From positions 1 through 34,847 of the forward strand of contig CAZMBO010000001.1 of the NCBI GenBank assembly GCA_964564655.1: a stretch of 34,847 nt of DNA, written 5' to 3'. How positions within the stretch are numbered: position 1 is the first letter of the stretch; every line of letters begins with the position of its first letter. This document shows positions 1 through 8,892 of this stretch, in pieces. Position numbers and translations under genes: made by a program. This DNA comes from an uncultured Nitrospina sp. GTDB taxonomy: Bacteria > Nitrospinota > Nitrospinia > Nitrospinales > VA-1. The notes beneath the pieces were generated by a model. It was not told the DNA's origin. It searched no databases and worked only from the letters and a program-made list of their open reading frames with translations.

Positions 1-190
1 CATCGGTCAAAATAGGGCGAGTTTCTATTAAAGCTCCTGTCGCCGGAGCCACAGGCGGAACTTTTACAGAAGGTTTAGTGATAATATAAATGCCTGTAAC
101 CACCACGCAGATAAAAACTGGCATGGCTATAGCGGAGATTCGCTTTTTATTTATATTAGAAGCATTTTTTCTTGATTTTTTTTTAGTCAT
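1..190 (-). CDS. N-terminal fragment of a membrane-anchored protein of unknown family; the gene continues off the left edge
   Basis: A minus-strand ATG at 188-190 opens a frame that runs to position 1: MTKKKSRKNASNINKKRISAIAMPVFICVVVTGIYIITKPSVKVPPVAPATGALIETRPILTD... It has a basic N-terminus followed by one hydrophobic helix, which is a signal-anchor topology. It is absent from the ORF track because it is truncated. Confidence 0.35.
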   Translation of the reverse strand, partial: MTKKKSRKNASNINKKRISAIAMPVFICVVVTGIYIITKPSVKVPPVAPATGALIETRPILTD

Positions 191-306
191 TTCCTGCGAT
201 GATCCCCGCCGATAATTGAGTATTGAATATGCCTAATTATATGGACTGCCATCCGCCGATGCAACCGTCAATCCCATTGCAATGGGAGGACGTGGCTGCC
301 AAGTCA

Positions 307-984
307 TTAGCGGACAGTTTGGTACCATTTTGTTAGGATGCGGGGAGGGAACCCTAGTTCAAATAAGGTTGCGATAAGAATATTTTTTATAGTCGTGAGC
401 CAGATACCCTCTTTATTCCATCTCCGCGGCGAAGTGAGAGCTTTTTCGTTGAGAAGAATTACTGACCCTAGGTTTCTAAGTCGCTTGAAGAAATCTATAT
501 CTTCACAAATGGGGAGCTTGGTAAACCCGTTCATTTTCTGAAAGATGGAATTTTTAACAAAGAATGCTTGGTCTCCATAAGCCATTCCTAGATATTTTGA
601 ACGTAGATTTGCAAGGCGGGTAATAAGACGTAGACTCCATTTATCAGAAACAATGCAAAGCGAGAAAGCCCCACCGATTTCTTCGGGGTTTTTCATAGAC
701 CGCAACATTTTTTCATAGCTGGCGGGTTCGATACGGCTATCAGCATGAAGGAAAAGAAAAATATCACCAGTGGCGATTCGTGCTCCCGCATTCATTTGCA
801 GTGCTCGGCCAGCAGGTCCATTTACCACATTTTCGGTAAATTTTGCTGCAATTTTTAGGGTGCCGTCATCACTGCCTCCATCACTGACAATAACTTCATG
901 CGGCGAAAGTTGTTGTATATATGTCAGAGTCTCACCCAAACACTTTGCTTCATTAAGGGTGGGGATGATAATCGAAATTTTCAA
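307..984 (-). CDS. Family 2 glycosyltransferase of the small TIGR04283-like subgroup (rSAM/selenodomain-associated transferase 2 type)
   Basis: 225 aa. Motifs seen: ISIIIPTLNE...VSDGGSDDGT (GT-A fold N-terminus), GRALQMNAGA, FLFLHADS, YGDQAFF, ICEDIDFFKRLR and SPRRW. This ordered motif set matches my memory of the TIGR04283 family. Confidence 0.78.
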   Translation of the reverse strand: MKISIIIPTLNEAKCLGETLTYIQQLSPHEVIVSDGGSDDGTLKIAAKFTENVVNGPAGRALQMNAGARIATGDIFLFLHADSRIEPASYEKMLRSMKNPEEIGGAFSLCIVSDKWSLRLITRLANLRSKYLGMAYGDQAFFVKNSIFQKMNGFTKLPICEDIDFFKRLRNLGSVILLNEKALTSPRRWNKEGIWLTTIKNILIATLFELGFPPRILTKWYQTVR

Positions 985-1080
985 GGAACGATCCCTATAA
1001 TTTAATTTTGAAGTTAACTCTCTTACCTGTCGTGAGGGAAGATAGTGCTGGATTATTGCTAGAAGAAATTAGGATCTCGA

Positions 1081-1098
1081 ATTAGAATATTAGAATAT
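1081..1098 (+). promoter_or_regulatory. Tandem ATTAGAAT-ATTAGAAT, giving two phased TAGAAT -10-like boxes in the divergent GT2/bpt intergenic region
   Basis: Read directly: attagaatattagaatat. TAGAAT boxes lie at 1083-1088 and 1091-1096, about 115 nt upstream of the bpt ATG. No good -35 element is seen. Confidence 0.3.
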
Positions 1099-1209
1099 AG
1101 TGGTGGAGGTCACCCCCATCTTTGTAATCAGGCATCAATATATTATAGAATATGATAAAGTTAAACTGGATTTCATTCTTTTCTTTACGCCCAACTGGGC
1201 AAGGTAATT

Positions 1210-2001
1210 ATGTTAGCTCATTTTATAGACTCTCGATCCTTTCAGTGTGGCTATTTTCAAGATCGCCAGTCACTCTTTGAAGAATATCTGCTTGAAGATG
1301 TTTCGGAAGTGGAGTTCGAATATTTGTTAGCGCACGGTATGAGGCATTTCGGCGATTATTATTTCCGGCCCCGTTGCCAAAATTGCTATTTGTGTATTCC
1401 TATTCGTGTGCGTGTCAACGAATTTAAAATGACGCGAAATCAGAAACGGGCATTGACCGCATGCAAAAATATAAAAATGAAAATCGGTGATCCCGTATAC
1501 ACTGAAGAAAAATTTAGACTATATCTAAAGCACAAAGAAAGATTTAATTCTTTGCAAGACGATGTGGAGGATGAGAAAAATTTTCGCATGTCATTTTATG
1601 TCAACACTCCATTTGGAATCGAGTTTGAATATTATCTAGATGGAAAATTAGTTGGCGTTGCCCTAGGGGATAAAACCTCTAAATCCTTTTCAGCGATTTA
1701 TACCTTTTATGATGTGTCTGACAAGAAAATGAGTCTAGGTACCTACAGCATATTAAAACAATTGGAATATGCGAATCAATATTGTATGAAATATTTTTAT
1801 CTTGGCTATTATATTGCCGAAAATGCCTCTCTGGCCTACAAATCTAGTTTTCGTCCTAATGAAGTTTATATGGGCAGGGAATGGCGTCGATTCAGAAATG
1901 CCGCTGGAGATTATCTAATTTCTAAAAAACGACTACAATGGAAAAATTCCGATCTGCTCGTCAAAGCGGCTTCTACTAGTGTAACGTTGGAGTCCCTATA
2001 A
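1210..2001 (+). CDS. bpt: Arginyl-tRNA-protein transferase family enzyme (bacterial Bpt-type aspartate/glutamate leucyltransferase, N-end rule)
   Basis: 263 aa. The ATE_N-like Cys cluster is present: FQCGYF...HGMRHFGDYYFRPRCQNCYLCIPIRV. The ATE_C-like part is also present: SAIYTFYDV...SLGTYSILKQLEYA...YFYLGYYI. Confidence 0.8.
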   Translation: MLAHFIDSRSFQCGYFQDRQSLFEEYLLEDVSEVEFEYLLAHGMRHFGDYYFRPRCQNCYLCIPIRVRVNEFKMTRNQKRALTACKNIKMKIGDPVYTEEKFRLYLKHKERFNSLQDDVEDEKNFRMSFYVNTPFGIEFEYYLDGKLVGVALGDKTSKSFSAIYTFYDVSDKKMSLGTYSILKQLEYANQYCMKYFYLGYYIAENASLAYKSSFRPNEVYMGREWRRFRNAAGDYLISKKRLQWKNSDLLVKAASTSVTLESL

Positions 2002-2093
2002 ATAGCTAGGTGGTGAAAAAAATCTATTCAGAACCTATGAAGTTCTATTTGTTTTAAAAATCTTGGATACAGACACTCCTCCCCCAATGAAGA

Positions 2094-2225
2094 TTAAAGG
2101 ATTCCGGTGTAAACGAGAATCATCCAAATCACGAGAAGGATGTTAAAAGCCACTCCAACGTGAAAGAATACATTGAAGAATTTAGTGTGACTGTATTCGT
2201 AATCGTCTTTATTTTCTTCTGTCAT
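2094..2225 (-). CDS. Possible 43-aa single-pass membrane peptide
   Basis: Hand translation gives MTEENKDDYEYSHTKFFNVFFHVGVAFNILLVIWMILVYTGIL*. It starts 6 nt after the LRR gene stop. It has an acidic N-terminus and one clear TM helix. No Shine-Dalgarno sequence is seen, so support is weak. Confidence 0.25.
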   Translation of the reverse strand: MTEENKDDYEYSHTKFFNVFFHVGVAFNILLVIWMILVYTGIL

Positions 2226-2231
2226 GATAGG

Positions 2232-3104
2232 TCAATCCATTACCAGAGTGGTCAAACGTTTTGCTAGTTCTGAGTTGCGAATCACTTTTCTTATGGGGCG
2301 CTCTATAAAATTAAGACTCATATAAAGCCTCTCTAGATTCAAAAAAGTTTGTGATTCAGAAATGGCTTGCCCCCCTTCATCTCTTATTTCGTTTCGCCAG
2401 ATACTCAATGCTCTCAGATTTTTAAGGTAAGGTGAATTAGCTAATGCAATCGCTCCTGTATTGCCCATCTTATTGGAGCATAAATATAGTTTTTCAAGTT
2501 CTGCCAGATGTTTGCTTTCAGCAAGTGCTACGATGCCTTCATCGCCAATACCTGTGCTATCGAGATGAAGAGCTTTCAGGCTGGGCCATTTATTTGATGA
2601 GGCTATGGAAATTGCACCGTTTGGTCCAATAGGATTCGAATCGAGAAAAATGATCTCCATATTTTTTAGGTTTGAAGATTCTGCCAGGGCAGCCGCACCT
2701 ATGGGGCCGATATTATTGGCTTCCAACATAATACATTTTAAATTTTTTAACAGATCAGCTTTAGCAATAGATTTTGCTTCTTCGTCGCCGATGATATTGT
2801 GATTGAGATAAAGTGAAGTTAAGCCTGTCAAGCATTTTACTTGGCAGAGCATTTCAATAGCTTCACCACAAAGTTGATTTTGACTGAGATAAAGTTGTTC
2901 CACGCCAGATAACTCTTTGCTGGCTGCCAAAAGGCGCAACTCTTCGATGCCGATATTTTTGTCTTCTAAATCTAAAAGCTTTCCGTTGTCGACAAGATTT
3001 GCCGATATAGTATGTTCAAAGCTCACATCTTCCATTGAGAAGCGTCCAGAATAATATTTTAATGAATGACTCAGCACTCTAATGGATTTTATTTGAAAGA
3101 TCAA
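2232..3104 (-). CDS. Leucine-rich repeat protein, ribonuclease-inhibitor (RNI)-like repeat type, apparently cytoplasmic
   Basis: There are about 9 tandem 27-28-residue repeats of the form LxxLxLxxNxIGxxGxxxLAxSxxLxxL, for example LYLNHNIIGDEEAKSIAKADLLKNLKC and LHLDSTGIGDEGIVALAESKHLAELEK. No signal peptide is present. The codon at 3104 is TTG; an alternative ATG (MEDVSF) lies at 3035. Confidence 0.7.
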   Translation of the reverse strand: MIFQIKSIRVLSHSLKYYSGRFSMEDVSFEHTISANLVDNGKLLDLEDKNIGIEELRLLAASKELSGVEQLYLSQNQLCGEAIEMLCQVKCLTGLTSLYLNHNIIGDEEAKSIAKADLLKNLKCIMLEANNIGPIGAAALAESSNLKNMEIIFLDSNPIGPNGAISIASSNKWPSLKALHLDSTGIGDEGIVALAESKHLAELEKLYLCSNKMGNTGAIALANSPYLKNLRALSIWRNEIRDEGGQAISESQTFLNLERLYMSLNFIERPIRKVIRNSELAKRLTTLVMD

Positions 3105-3241
3105 ACCAAGGTTGCAAAAGCTCTAAGGAACAGGTCTAACGGAATAAGTTTCTTAAACAGTAATTACTTGGCTCAATTGATTTATTGGTTCTTATTTGTG
3201 ATGGTTGATAAAAGCATTTTAAACTGGTATTAAATAGAATT

Positions 3242-6200
3242 ATGAGCAATTTTGTTCATCTGCATCTTCATACTTCCTATAGTTTACTTGACTCTTCCAT
3301 TCGCCATGAACCACTAATCAAAAGGGCGGCTGAGTTTGGTATGCCTGCGGTTGCCATGACGGATCACGGCAATATGTTTGGCGCTATTGAGTTTTACAAC
3401 ACCGCCAAAAAAAACGGTATAAAACCCATTCTTGGCTGTGAGGTGTATGTTGCTCCTGATAGCCGTCACGAAAAAAAATCCAAAAACAATTTACGCGATG
3501 CGTCATATCACCTGATTCTGCTTTCGGAAAACCAAAGGGGATACAAAAACCTGTTACGTCTGATCACCAAGGGGTATCTGGAAGGGTTCTATTACAAGCC
3601 GCGTATTGATAAAGAACTGCTTGCAGAATATTCTGAGGGTTTGATTGCCTTGAGTTCTTGTATCCGGGGGGAGGTAGCGCATAATGTCAATCGCGAAAAT
3701 GTTCCGCGCGCCACCAAGGTTGCGACTCAATATGCGGAGATCATGGGTCCGAATAATTTTTTTCTCGAACTGCAAAATCACGGATTGGAAAACCAGGATC
3801 ACATCAACAAGGAAATCATAAAAATTGGGAGGAAACTTGACATCCCCATAGTTGCGACAAACAACTGCCATTATTTGGATAAAGAAGATTTTCGTGCGCA
3901 TGAGATTCTTCTTTGTTTGCAAACAGGAAAAACCATCACCGATCCTTACCGAATGCAATATCCGGCGGCCGAATTTTATTTTAAGTCTCCTCAAGAGATG
4001 GTGGAGTTGTTCCAGGAAACACCGGAAGCCATCACAAATACCCTCAAGATTGCTGAGCGTTGTGAATTAGAATTAGAGTTCGATAAACTCAATTTACCAG
4101 ATTATCCGGTTCCAGAATCTTATACGTTAGAAACATATCTGGAGAAGATATCGCACGAAGGGCTTATAGAGAGGTTTGGGGAGTTGGACCGGTTAGGAAC
4201 CAATTTTGATAAAACCACCTATGAAAAGCGGTTGGACGAGGAATTGGGTATCATCAAACGAATGGGGTATCCCGGTTATTTCCTGATTGTGTGGGATTTT
4301 ATCAAATATGCGAAGGAAAAAGATATTCCTGTTGGGCCGGGTCGAGGTTCCGCGGCGGGCAGCGTTGTGGCTTATGCTCTGAAGATCACCGACATTGATC
4401 CAATGCAATACGATCTACTGTTTGAACGTTTTTTGAATCCAGAACGGGTGAGCATGCCGGACATCGATATTGATTTTTGTATGGATGGACGTGATGACGT
4501 CATTAAATATGTAACAGAAAAATACGGTGGCAACCAAAACGTGACGCAGATCATCACCTTTGGCAGCATGAACGCCAAAGGGGTGATCCGTGATGTGGGT
4601 CGAGTGCTGGATATGACCTACGGCGAGGTGGATAAGCTTGCCAAACTGGTGCCGAACAAATTGAATGTCACTTTGGATGATGCATTCAAGGAAGAGAAAC
4701 AGTTCGCCAGACTGGGTAAGGAAAACGCCAAAGTTGCGGAGTTACTCGATATCGCCAAGAGCCTGGAAGGGTTGCAGCGCCATTGTTCCACCCATGCGGC
4801 GGGAGTTGTGATTTCATCAAAAGCGTTGACCGAATTTTGTCCTCTTTATAAGGGCGGCAATGACGAGGTGGTGACACAGTACGCGATGGGCAGTGTTGAA
4901 AAACTGGGTCTGCTTAAAATGGACTTTTTGGGACTTCGCACGTTGACGGTAATTCATAATGCGTTGAAACTCATCAAGCAATCTCAGAATAAAGATCTGG
5001 ACATCGGTGTGATTCCTTTGAATGATCCTGCGACGTTCAAACTTTTATCCCATGCAAGAACTCTGGGCGTTTTCCAGTTGGAAAGCTCTGGAATGCGTGA
5101 TCTATTAAAGAAATTAAAACCAGATTGTTTTGAAGATATCATCGCTTTACTTGCCATGTATCGCCCGGGTCCTTTGGAAAGTGGAATGGTCGATGATTAT
5201 GTCAAACGCAAGCATGGGGCAATGGAGTTGAAGTTCGACCTACCGCAACTACAAGACATCTTGGAAGAAACCCAAGGGGTGATTCTTTACCAAGAGCAGG
5301 TTATGAAGATCGCCAGCGTGTTGGCGGGATTTAGCCTGGGGGATGCCGACTTATTGCGCCGCGCAATGGGTAAAAAAAAGCCTGAAGAAATGGCCGCACA
5401 ACGTGAAAAGTTTATGGTTGGAGCAGAGGCCAATAAAATTAATTCTAAAAAATCGAAGAGGATTTTTGATTTGATGGAAAAATTTGCGGGCTATGGATTC
5501 AATAAGTCTCATAGTGCTGCCTATGCTCAGATTTCTTATCAGACGGCCTACCTCAAAGCACATTATCCGTTGGAGTTTTTTGGCGCATTGATCACAAGTG
5601 ATATGGATAATACCGATAAGGTTTTGCGCTATATCCACGATTGCCGCGAGATGAAAATAACGGTGCAGCCACCGGATGTGAATTTGAGCGACCGTGATTT
5701 TTCGGTTTCAGATAACAAGCTCGTTTTTGGGTTGGGAGCGATCAAAAATGTCGGTAGTAAAGCCATCGATAATATTATTGAGGCTCGTAAGGAATTAAAA
5801 AAGTTTAATTCATTGAGTCAGTTGTGCGAAAGCGTAGACCTACAGCTTGCGAACAAACGTGTGTTTGAAAGTTTGATTAAAAGCGGTGCCTGTGATTCGT
5901 TCGGGCAGAGCCGAGCACAGATGTTGAAAGAACTTCAGGCTTCCATGGAGCAAGGTCAAAAGAAGCAACGCGATCAGCAACTGGGTCAATCAAGCATGTT
6001 CGATACCTTCGCAGAAGATGTTGCGCCCGAGCAAGGTAACGGAAACCATGTTGAAGAGTGGAACGAAACCGACCGATTGAAGTTCGAAAAGGAGAGCATT
6101 GGATTTTATATCACCGGTCATCCTTTGGACCGGTTTACGAAAGATCTGGCTTGGTTCACTGATGCCACTTCGGCATCGGTTGCGGAAGCGGGCAGCAGCA

Positions 6201-6697
6201 AGACCGTCAGCATTGCGGGTATACCTATCAAACATCTTCCAAAAACCACTCGCAAGGGCGATAAGATGGGAATAATTACCCTGGAAGATTTGCATGGATC
6301 GATTGAAGTGATTTTATGGCCTGAAATTTATACGGAGGTGGAGTCCGTTTTACTTGCGGAAGAACCCATTCTTGTAAAAGGGGAGGTGGACTCGGAAGGC
6401 AATATGCCAAAAGTCATCGCCAAGGAAGTGTTCCCATTGATTCAGGCAAAGCAGAGGTTTCAGGGCAGGGTGATGATCCATTTTCGTACTTTGGGGCTGG
6501 AAAAGGAAACGCTTTTTGCTGTTAAAGAAATTTTGGCTGCAAATAAAGGCAACAACGATACAAGACTACATTTTATTTCTCCAGACAATAAGGAGCGAGT
6601 GGTTACGGTTTCTGACGATCTTCGCATCCAGCCCTCCGATGAAGTGATCGCGCAAATTCAATCTTTGCTAGGTGAAGACGCAATTCTATTTGAATAA
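3242..6697 (+). CDS. dnaE: DNA polymerase III alpha subunit
   Basis: 1151 aa. PHP-domain start FVHLHLHTSYSLLDS, MPDIDIDF, GLLKMDFLGLRTLT, FNKSHSAAYA, and a C-terminal OB-fold region. Confidence 0.97.
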   Translation: MSNFVHLHLHTSYSLLDSSIRHEPLIKRAAEFGMPAVAMTDHGNMFGAIEFYNTAKKNGIKPILGCEVYVAPDSRHEKKSKNNLRDASYHLILLSENQRGYKNLLRLITKGYLEGFYYKPRIDKELLAEYSEGLIALSSCIRGEVAHNVNRENVPRATKVATQYAEIMGPNNFFLELQNHGLENQDHINKEIIKIGRKLDIPIVATNNCHYLDKEDFRAHEILLCLQTGKTITDPYRMQYPAAEFYFKSPQEMVELFQETPEAITNTLKIAERCELELEFDKLNLPDYPVPESYTLETYLEKISHEGLIERFGELDRLGTNFDKTTYEKRLDEELGIIKRMGYPGYFLIVWDFIKYAKEKDIPVGPGRGSAAGSVVAYALKITDIDPMQYDLLFERFLNPERVSMPDIDIDFCMDGRDDVIKYVTEKYGGNQNVTQIITFGSMNAKGVIRDVGRVLDMTYGEVDKLAKLVPNKLNVTLDDAFKEEKQFARLGKENAKVAELLDIAKSLEGLQRHCSTHAAGVVISSKALTEFCPLYKGGNDEVVTQYAMGSVEKLGLLKMDFLGLRTLTVIHNALKLIKQSQNKDLDIGVIPLNDPATFKLLSHARTLGVFQLESSGMRDLLKKLKPDCFEDIIALLAMYRPGPLESGMVDDYVKRKHGAMELKFDLPQLQDILEETQGVILYQEQVMKIASVLAGFSLGDADLLRRAMGKKKPEEMAAQREKFMVGAEANKINSKKSKRIFDLMEKFAGYGFNKSHSAAYAQISYQTAYLKAHYPLEFFGALITSDMDNTDKVLRYIHDCREMKITVQPPDVNLSDRDFSVSDNKLVFGLGAIKNVGSKAIDNIIEARKELKKFNSLSQLCESVDLQLANKRVFESLIKSGACDSFGQSRAQMLKELQASMEQGQKKQRDQQLGQSSMFDTFAEDVAPEQGNGNHVEEWNETDRLKFEKESIGFYITGHPLDRFTKDLAWFTDATSASVAEAGSSKTVSIAGIPIKHLPKTTRKGDKMGIITLEDLHGSIEVILWPEIYTEVESVLLAEEPILVKGEVDSEGNMPKVIAKEVFPLIQAKQRFQGRVMIHFRTLGLEKETLFAVKEILAANKGNNDTRLHFISPDNKERVVTVSDDLRIQPSDEVIAQIQSLLGEDAILFE

Positions 6698-6792
6698 GCG
6701 CGGGCCTCGCCCGGTAGAATATGTGATAATGCCGTTCAATTTTTAAAACTAACTCTAACCTTTCAGTGGGTTTGCATGATACCCAAGGAAAC

Positions 6793-8103
6793 ATGGAAGT
6801 TAAAGAATTTGCTACAAAATATTTCAGGGACACCCTGCCTAATGGCCTGACTGTGGTTACGGTAGAGATGCCTCATATTCATACTATGGAGGTTTCGATG
6901 TTTGTACGCGCTGGTTTGCGCTATGAAACCCCCCAGAATAACGGGATATCCCATTTTTTGGAGCACATGATGTTTCGTGGCAACAAAAAATATCCTAACT
7001 CGATTGCGTTAAACGTTGAATTCGAAAATATTGGACGCGATTTAAGAGCTTCCACATTGGGAGAGTATACTCAGTACGGGTTTAGTCCCCATGTGTCAAA
7101 ACTTGAAAAAGGCTTGGAATTATTTTCGGAATTTTTTTCTTCTCCTACTTTTCCTGGGATTGAATTGGAGCGAGGAATTATTCTTGAAGAATATCTTGAA
7201 GAACTCAATGAAGAAGGAGTCAACGTTGATATAAATAATCAAGCCTGTCAGCTGCTATATCCTGATACACCTATGGCATGGCCTACGATTGGAACGGAAG
7301 AAACGATCAAGTCGATTAAAACAGAGATGTTAAGAGATTATTTTAATAGACACTATGTGCCCGGCAATATGGTGCTGGCATTTGCGGGTCCAATCAACCA
7401 TGAAAACGTATTTAAACTTTCTAAAAAATATTTTTCTGGTCTAAAGAATGGAGTGGAGCCTTTTCCCAAGGATCATTTTATTGGAAGTATTCAGGAAAAA
7501 CAGGAGACGCCGGGACTTCATTTTCAGGAAAATTCCGATAGTCAAATAGAACTGCAAATTTGTTTTCGTTCTTGTTCTTATAACGATCCTGATTTTCTGG
7601 TTTTAGCTTTGATAAGTAGAGTGTTTGATGACGGGTTTACTTCTAGACTCCAAAGGGTCTTGCGAGAAGAGAGGGGGTTGGTTTATTCCGTTGAGTGTCG
7701 GGCTACGAGCATGTCGGATCTTGGGACCATAGATTTTGATGTTACTATGCGCCCTGAAAAAGTCGTGGAGGTGACAAATATTCTTTTAAATGAAATAAAA
7801 ACTTTTTCCAAGGAAGGGCCGACGGAGAAGGAACTTGCTCATATAAAAAAGAGGTATTTTTTTGAACTCGATTCAGAACTTGATGATCCGTATAGACAAG
7901 TGGTTCGTTATGCATTTCCTCATCTTTATTCTAAGGAAATGTCTTTGGAAGAAGAAAGAGTTCTTATAGAATCCTTTACCGCAGAAAAAATACTGAAAGT
8001 GGCCGAAAAAGTTTTTGAACCCAAAAACCTAAATCTTATTCTTGTTGGACCCTACACCCCTCAGTTAAAATCCCAACTTGAGGGATTGATACAACAATTC
8101 TAG
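6793..8103 (+). CDS. M16 (pitrilysin) family zinc peptidase
   Basis: Carries the HxxEH zinc motif, HFLEHMMFRG, and has the two-domain M16 length. I place the start at ATG 6793, which is preceded by AAGGA. The 6766 start in the track is a GTG with no Shine-Dalgarno sequence. Confidence 0.85.
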   Translation: MEVKEFATKYFRDTLPNGLTVVTVEMPHIHTMEVSMFVRAGLRYETPQNNGISHFLEHMMFRGNKKYPNSIALNVEFENIGRDLRASTLGEYTQYGFSPHVSKLEKGLELFSEFFSSPTFPGIELERGIILEEYLEELNEEGVNVDINNQACQLLYPDTPMAWPTIGTEETIKSIKTEMLRDYFNRHYVPGNMVLAFAGPINHENVFKLSKKYFSGLKNGVEPFPKDHFIGSIQEKQETPGLHFQENSDSQIELQICFRSCSYNDPDFLVLALISRVFDDGFTSRLQRVLREERGLVYSVECRATSMSDLGTIDFDVTMRPEKVVEVTNILLNEIKTFSKEGPTEKELAHIKKRYFFELDSELDDPYRQVVRYAFPHLYSKEMSLEEERVLIESFTAEKILKVAEKVFEPKNLNLILVGPYTPQLKSQLEGLIQQF

Positions 8104-8118
8104 CTCCTAAGAATAAAC

Positions 8119-8892
8119 ATGTGTTTCTCTAAAAATATCTTTCCTGTTCTTAGCATTATATTTTTATTTAGTAATTTGGGTTGTTCTGCAAACATTGAGG
8201 GTTGCCTGGAAGAAGGCAGTTGTGGCCCCGCAATTAAGGTTTTAGATTTTCAGAGAAGTTTCCCAGATGATCCATTTGATACTTTCTGGGATAGCAGACA
8301 GGCTCCTATTCCAACTTCGATTGAATTGGGGCCGCAAATGATTACCAATCCTAAGTGGCCGAATCCTTCTACTAAACAAGTTTTAATTCGAGCCGGGAAA
8401 AATAGAAATGAACTTGTTATCATGCTTGAATGGAATGACAAATCTCGAGACGGTAACTTTGATCATTCTTCCTTGTATGTAGATCGCGCTGCAGTGATGT
8501 TTCCTGTAGAAGCAGATAATGAACCACCTTCCATAACTATGGGAGAACCGGGTGTGCCTGTGAATATATGGCAATGGAAATCCATTGGGGGTGAAAAGGG
8601 GCAACCTGGCGTTAAAGAAAAAGAAGCCTTGGCCTATCAGACCGTGGAGGATCTTAATGCAGAGGGTTTCAGCACATTGACTTATCAAAGTCAGCAAAAT
8701 ATAAAAGGGACTGCATTATGGAAGAATGATACCTGGCGTTTGATCTTAAAGCGTGATCTTGTAGATGGAGACCGTAATGATGTTCAATTTCGACAATCAG
8801 TTTTAATGGCAGTGGCGGTTTGGAATGGTTCGAACAGAGAGTTGAATGGCCAGAAGGGAATAGCAGGTTGGATGTTGTTACAATTCAGTTGA
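8119..8892 (+). CDS. Secreted ethylbenzene-dehydrogenase-gamma (EB_dh) domain haem-b protein, type II DMSO-reductase gamma / NxrC-like
   Basis: N-terminal signal MCFSKNIFPVLSIIFLFSNLGC. Family-typical blocks: LVIMLEWNDKSRD, VDRAAVMFPV (candidate Met haem ligand), VNIWQWKS, WRLILKRDL and VAVWNGSNRELNGQKGIAGW (candidate Lys ligand). Confidence 0.65.
   Translation: MCFSKNIFPVLSIIFLFSNLGCSANIEGCLEEGSCGPAIKVLDFQRSFPDDPFDTFWDSRQAPIPTSIELGPQMITNPKWPNPSTKQVLIRAGKNRNELVIMLEWNDKSRDGNFDHSSLYVDRAAVMFPVEADNEPPSITMGEPGVPVNIWQWKSIGGEKGQPGVKEKEALAYQTVEDLNAEGFSTLTYQSQQNIKGTALWKNDTWRLILKRDLVDGDRNDVQFRQSVLMAVAVWNGSNRELNGQKGIAGWMLLQFS

Noticed and set aside
6698-6720. A GC-rich hairpin, CGGGC-ctc-GCCCG, right after the dnaE stop, considered as a terminator.
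   Set aside because: The stem is only 5 bp with a 3-nt loop, and no T-tract follows. It overlaps a possible TTGAAT-19-TAGAAT promoter with an over-long spacer. The evidence is too weak for either call.
6766-6792. The GTG start at 6766 for the M16 peptidase, as given in the ORF track.
   Set aside because: The ATG at 6793 has a well-placed AAGGA ribosome-binding site, and the upstream 9 codons have none. I annotated from 6793, but the longer form cannot be excluded.
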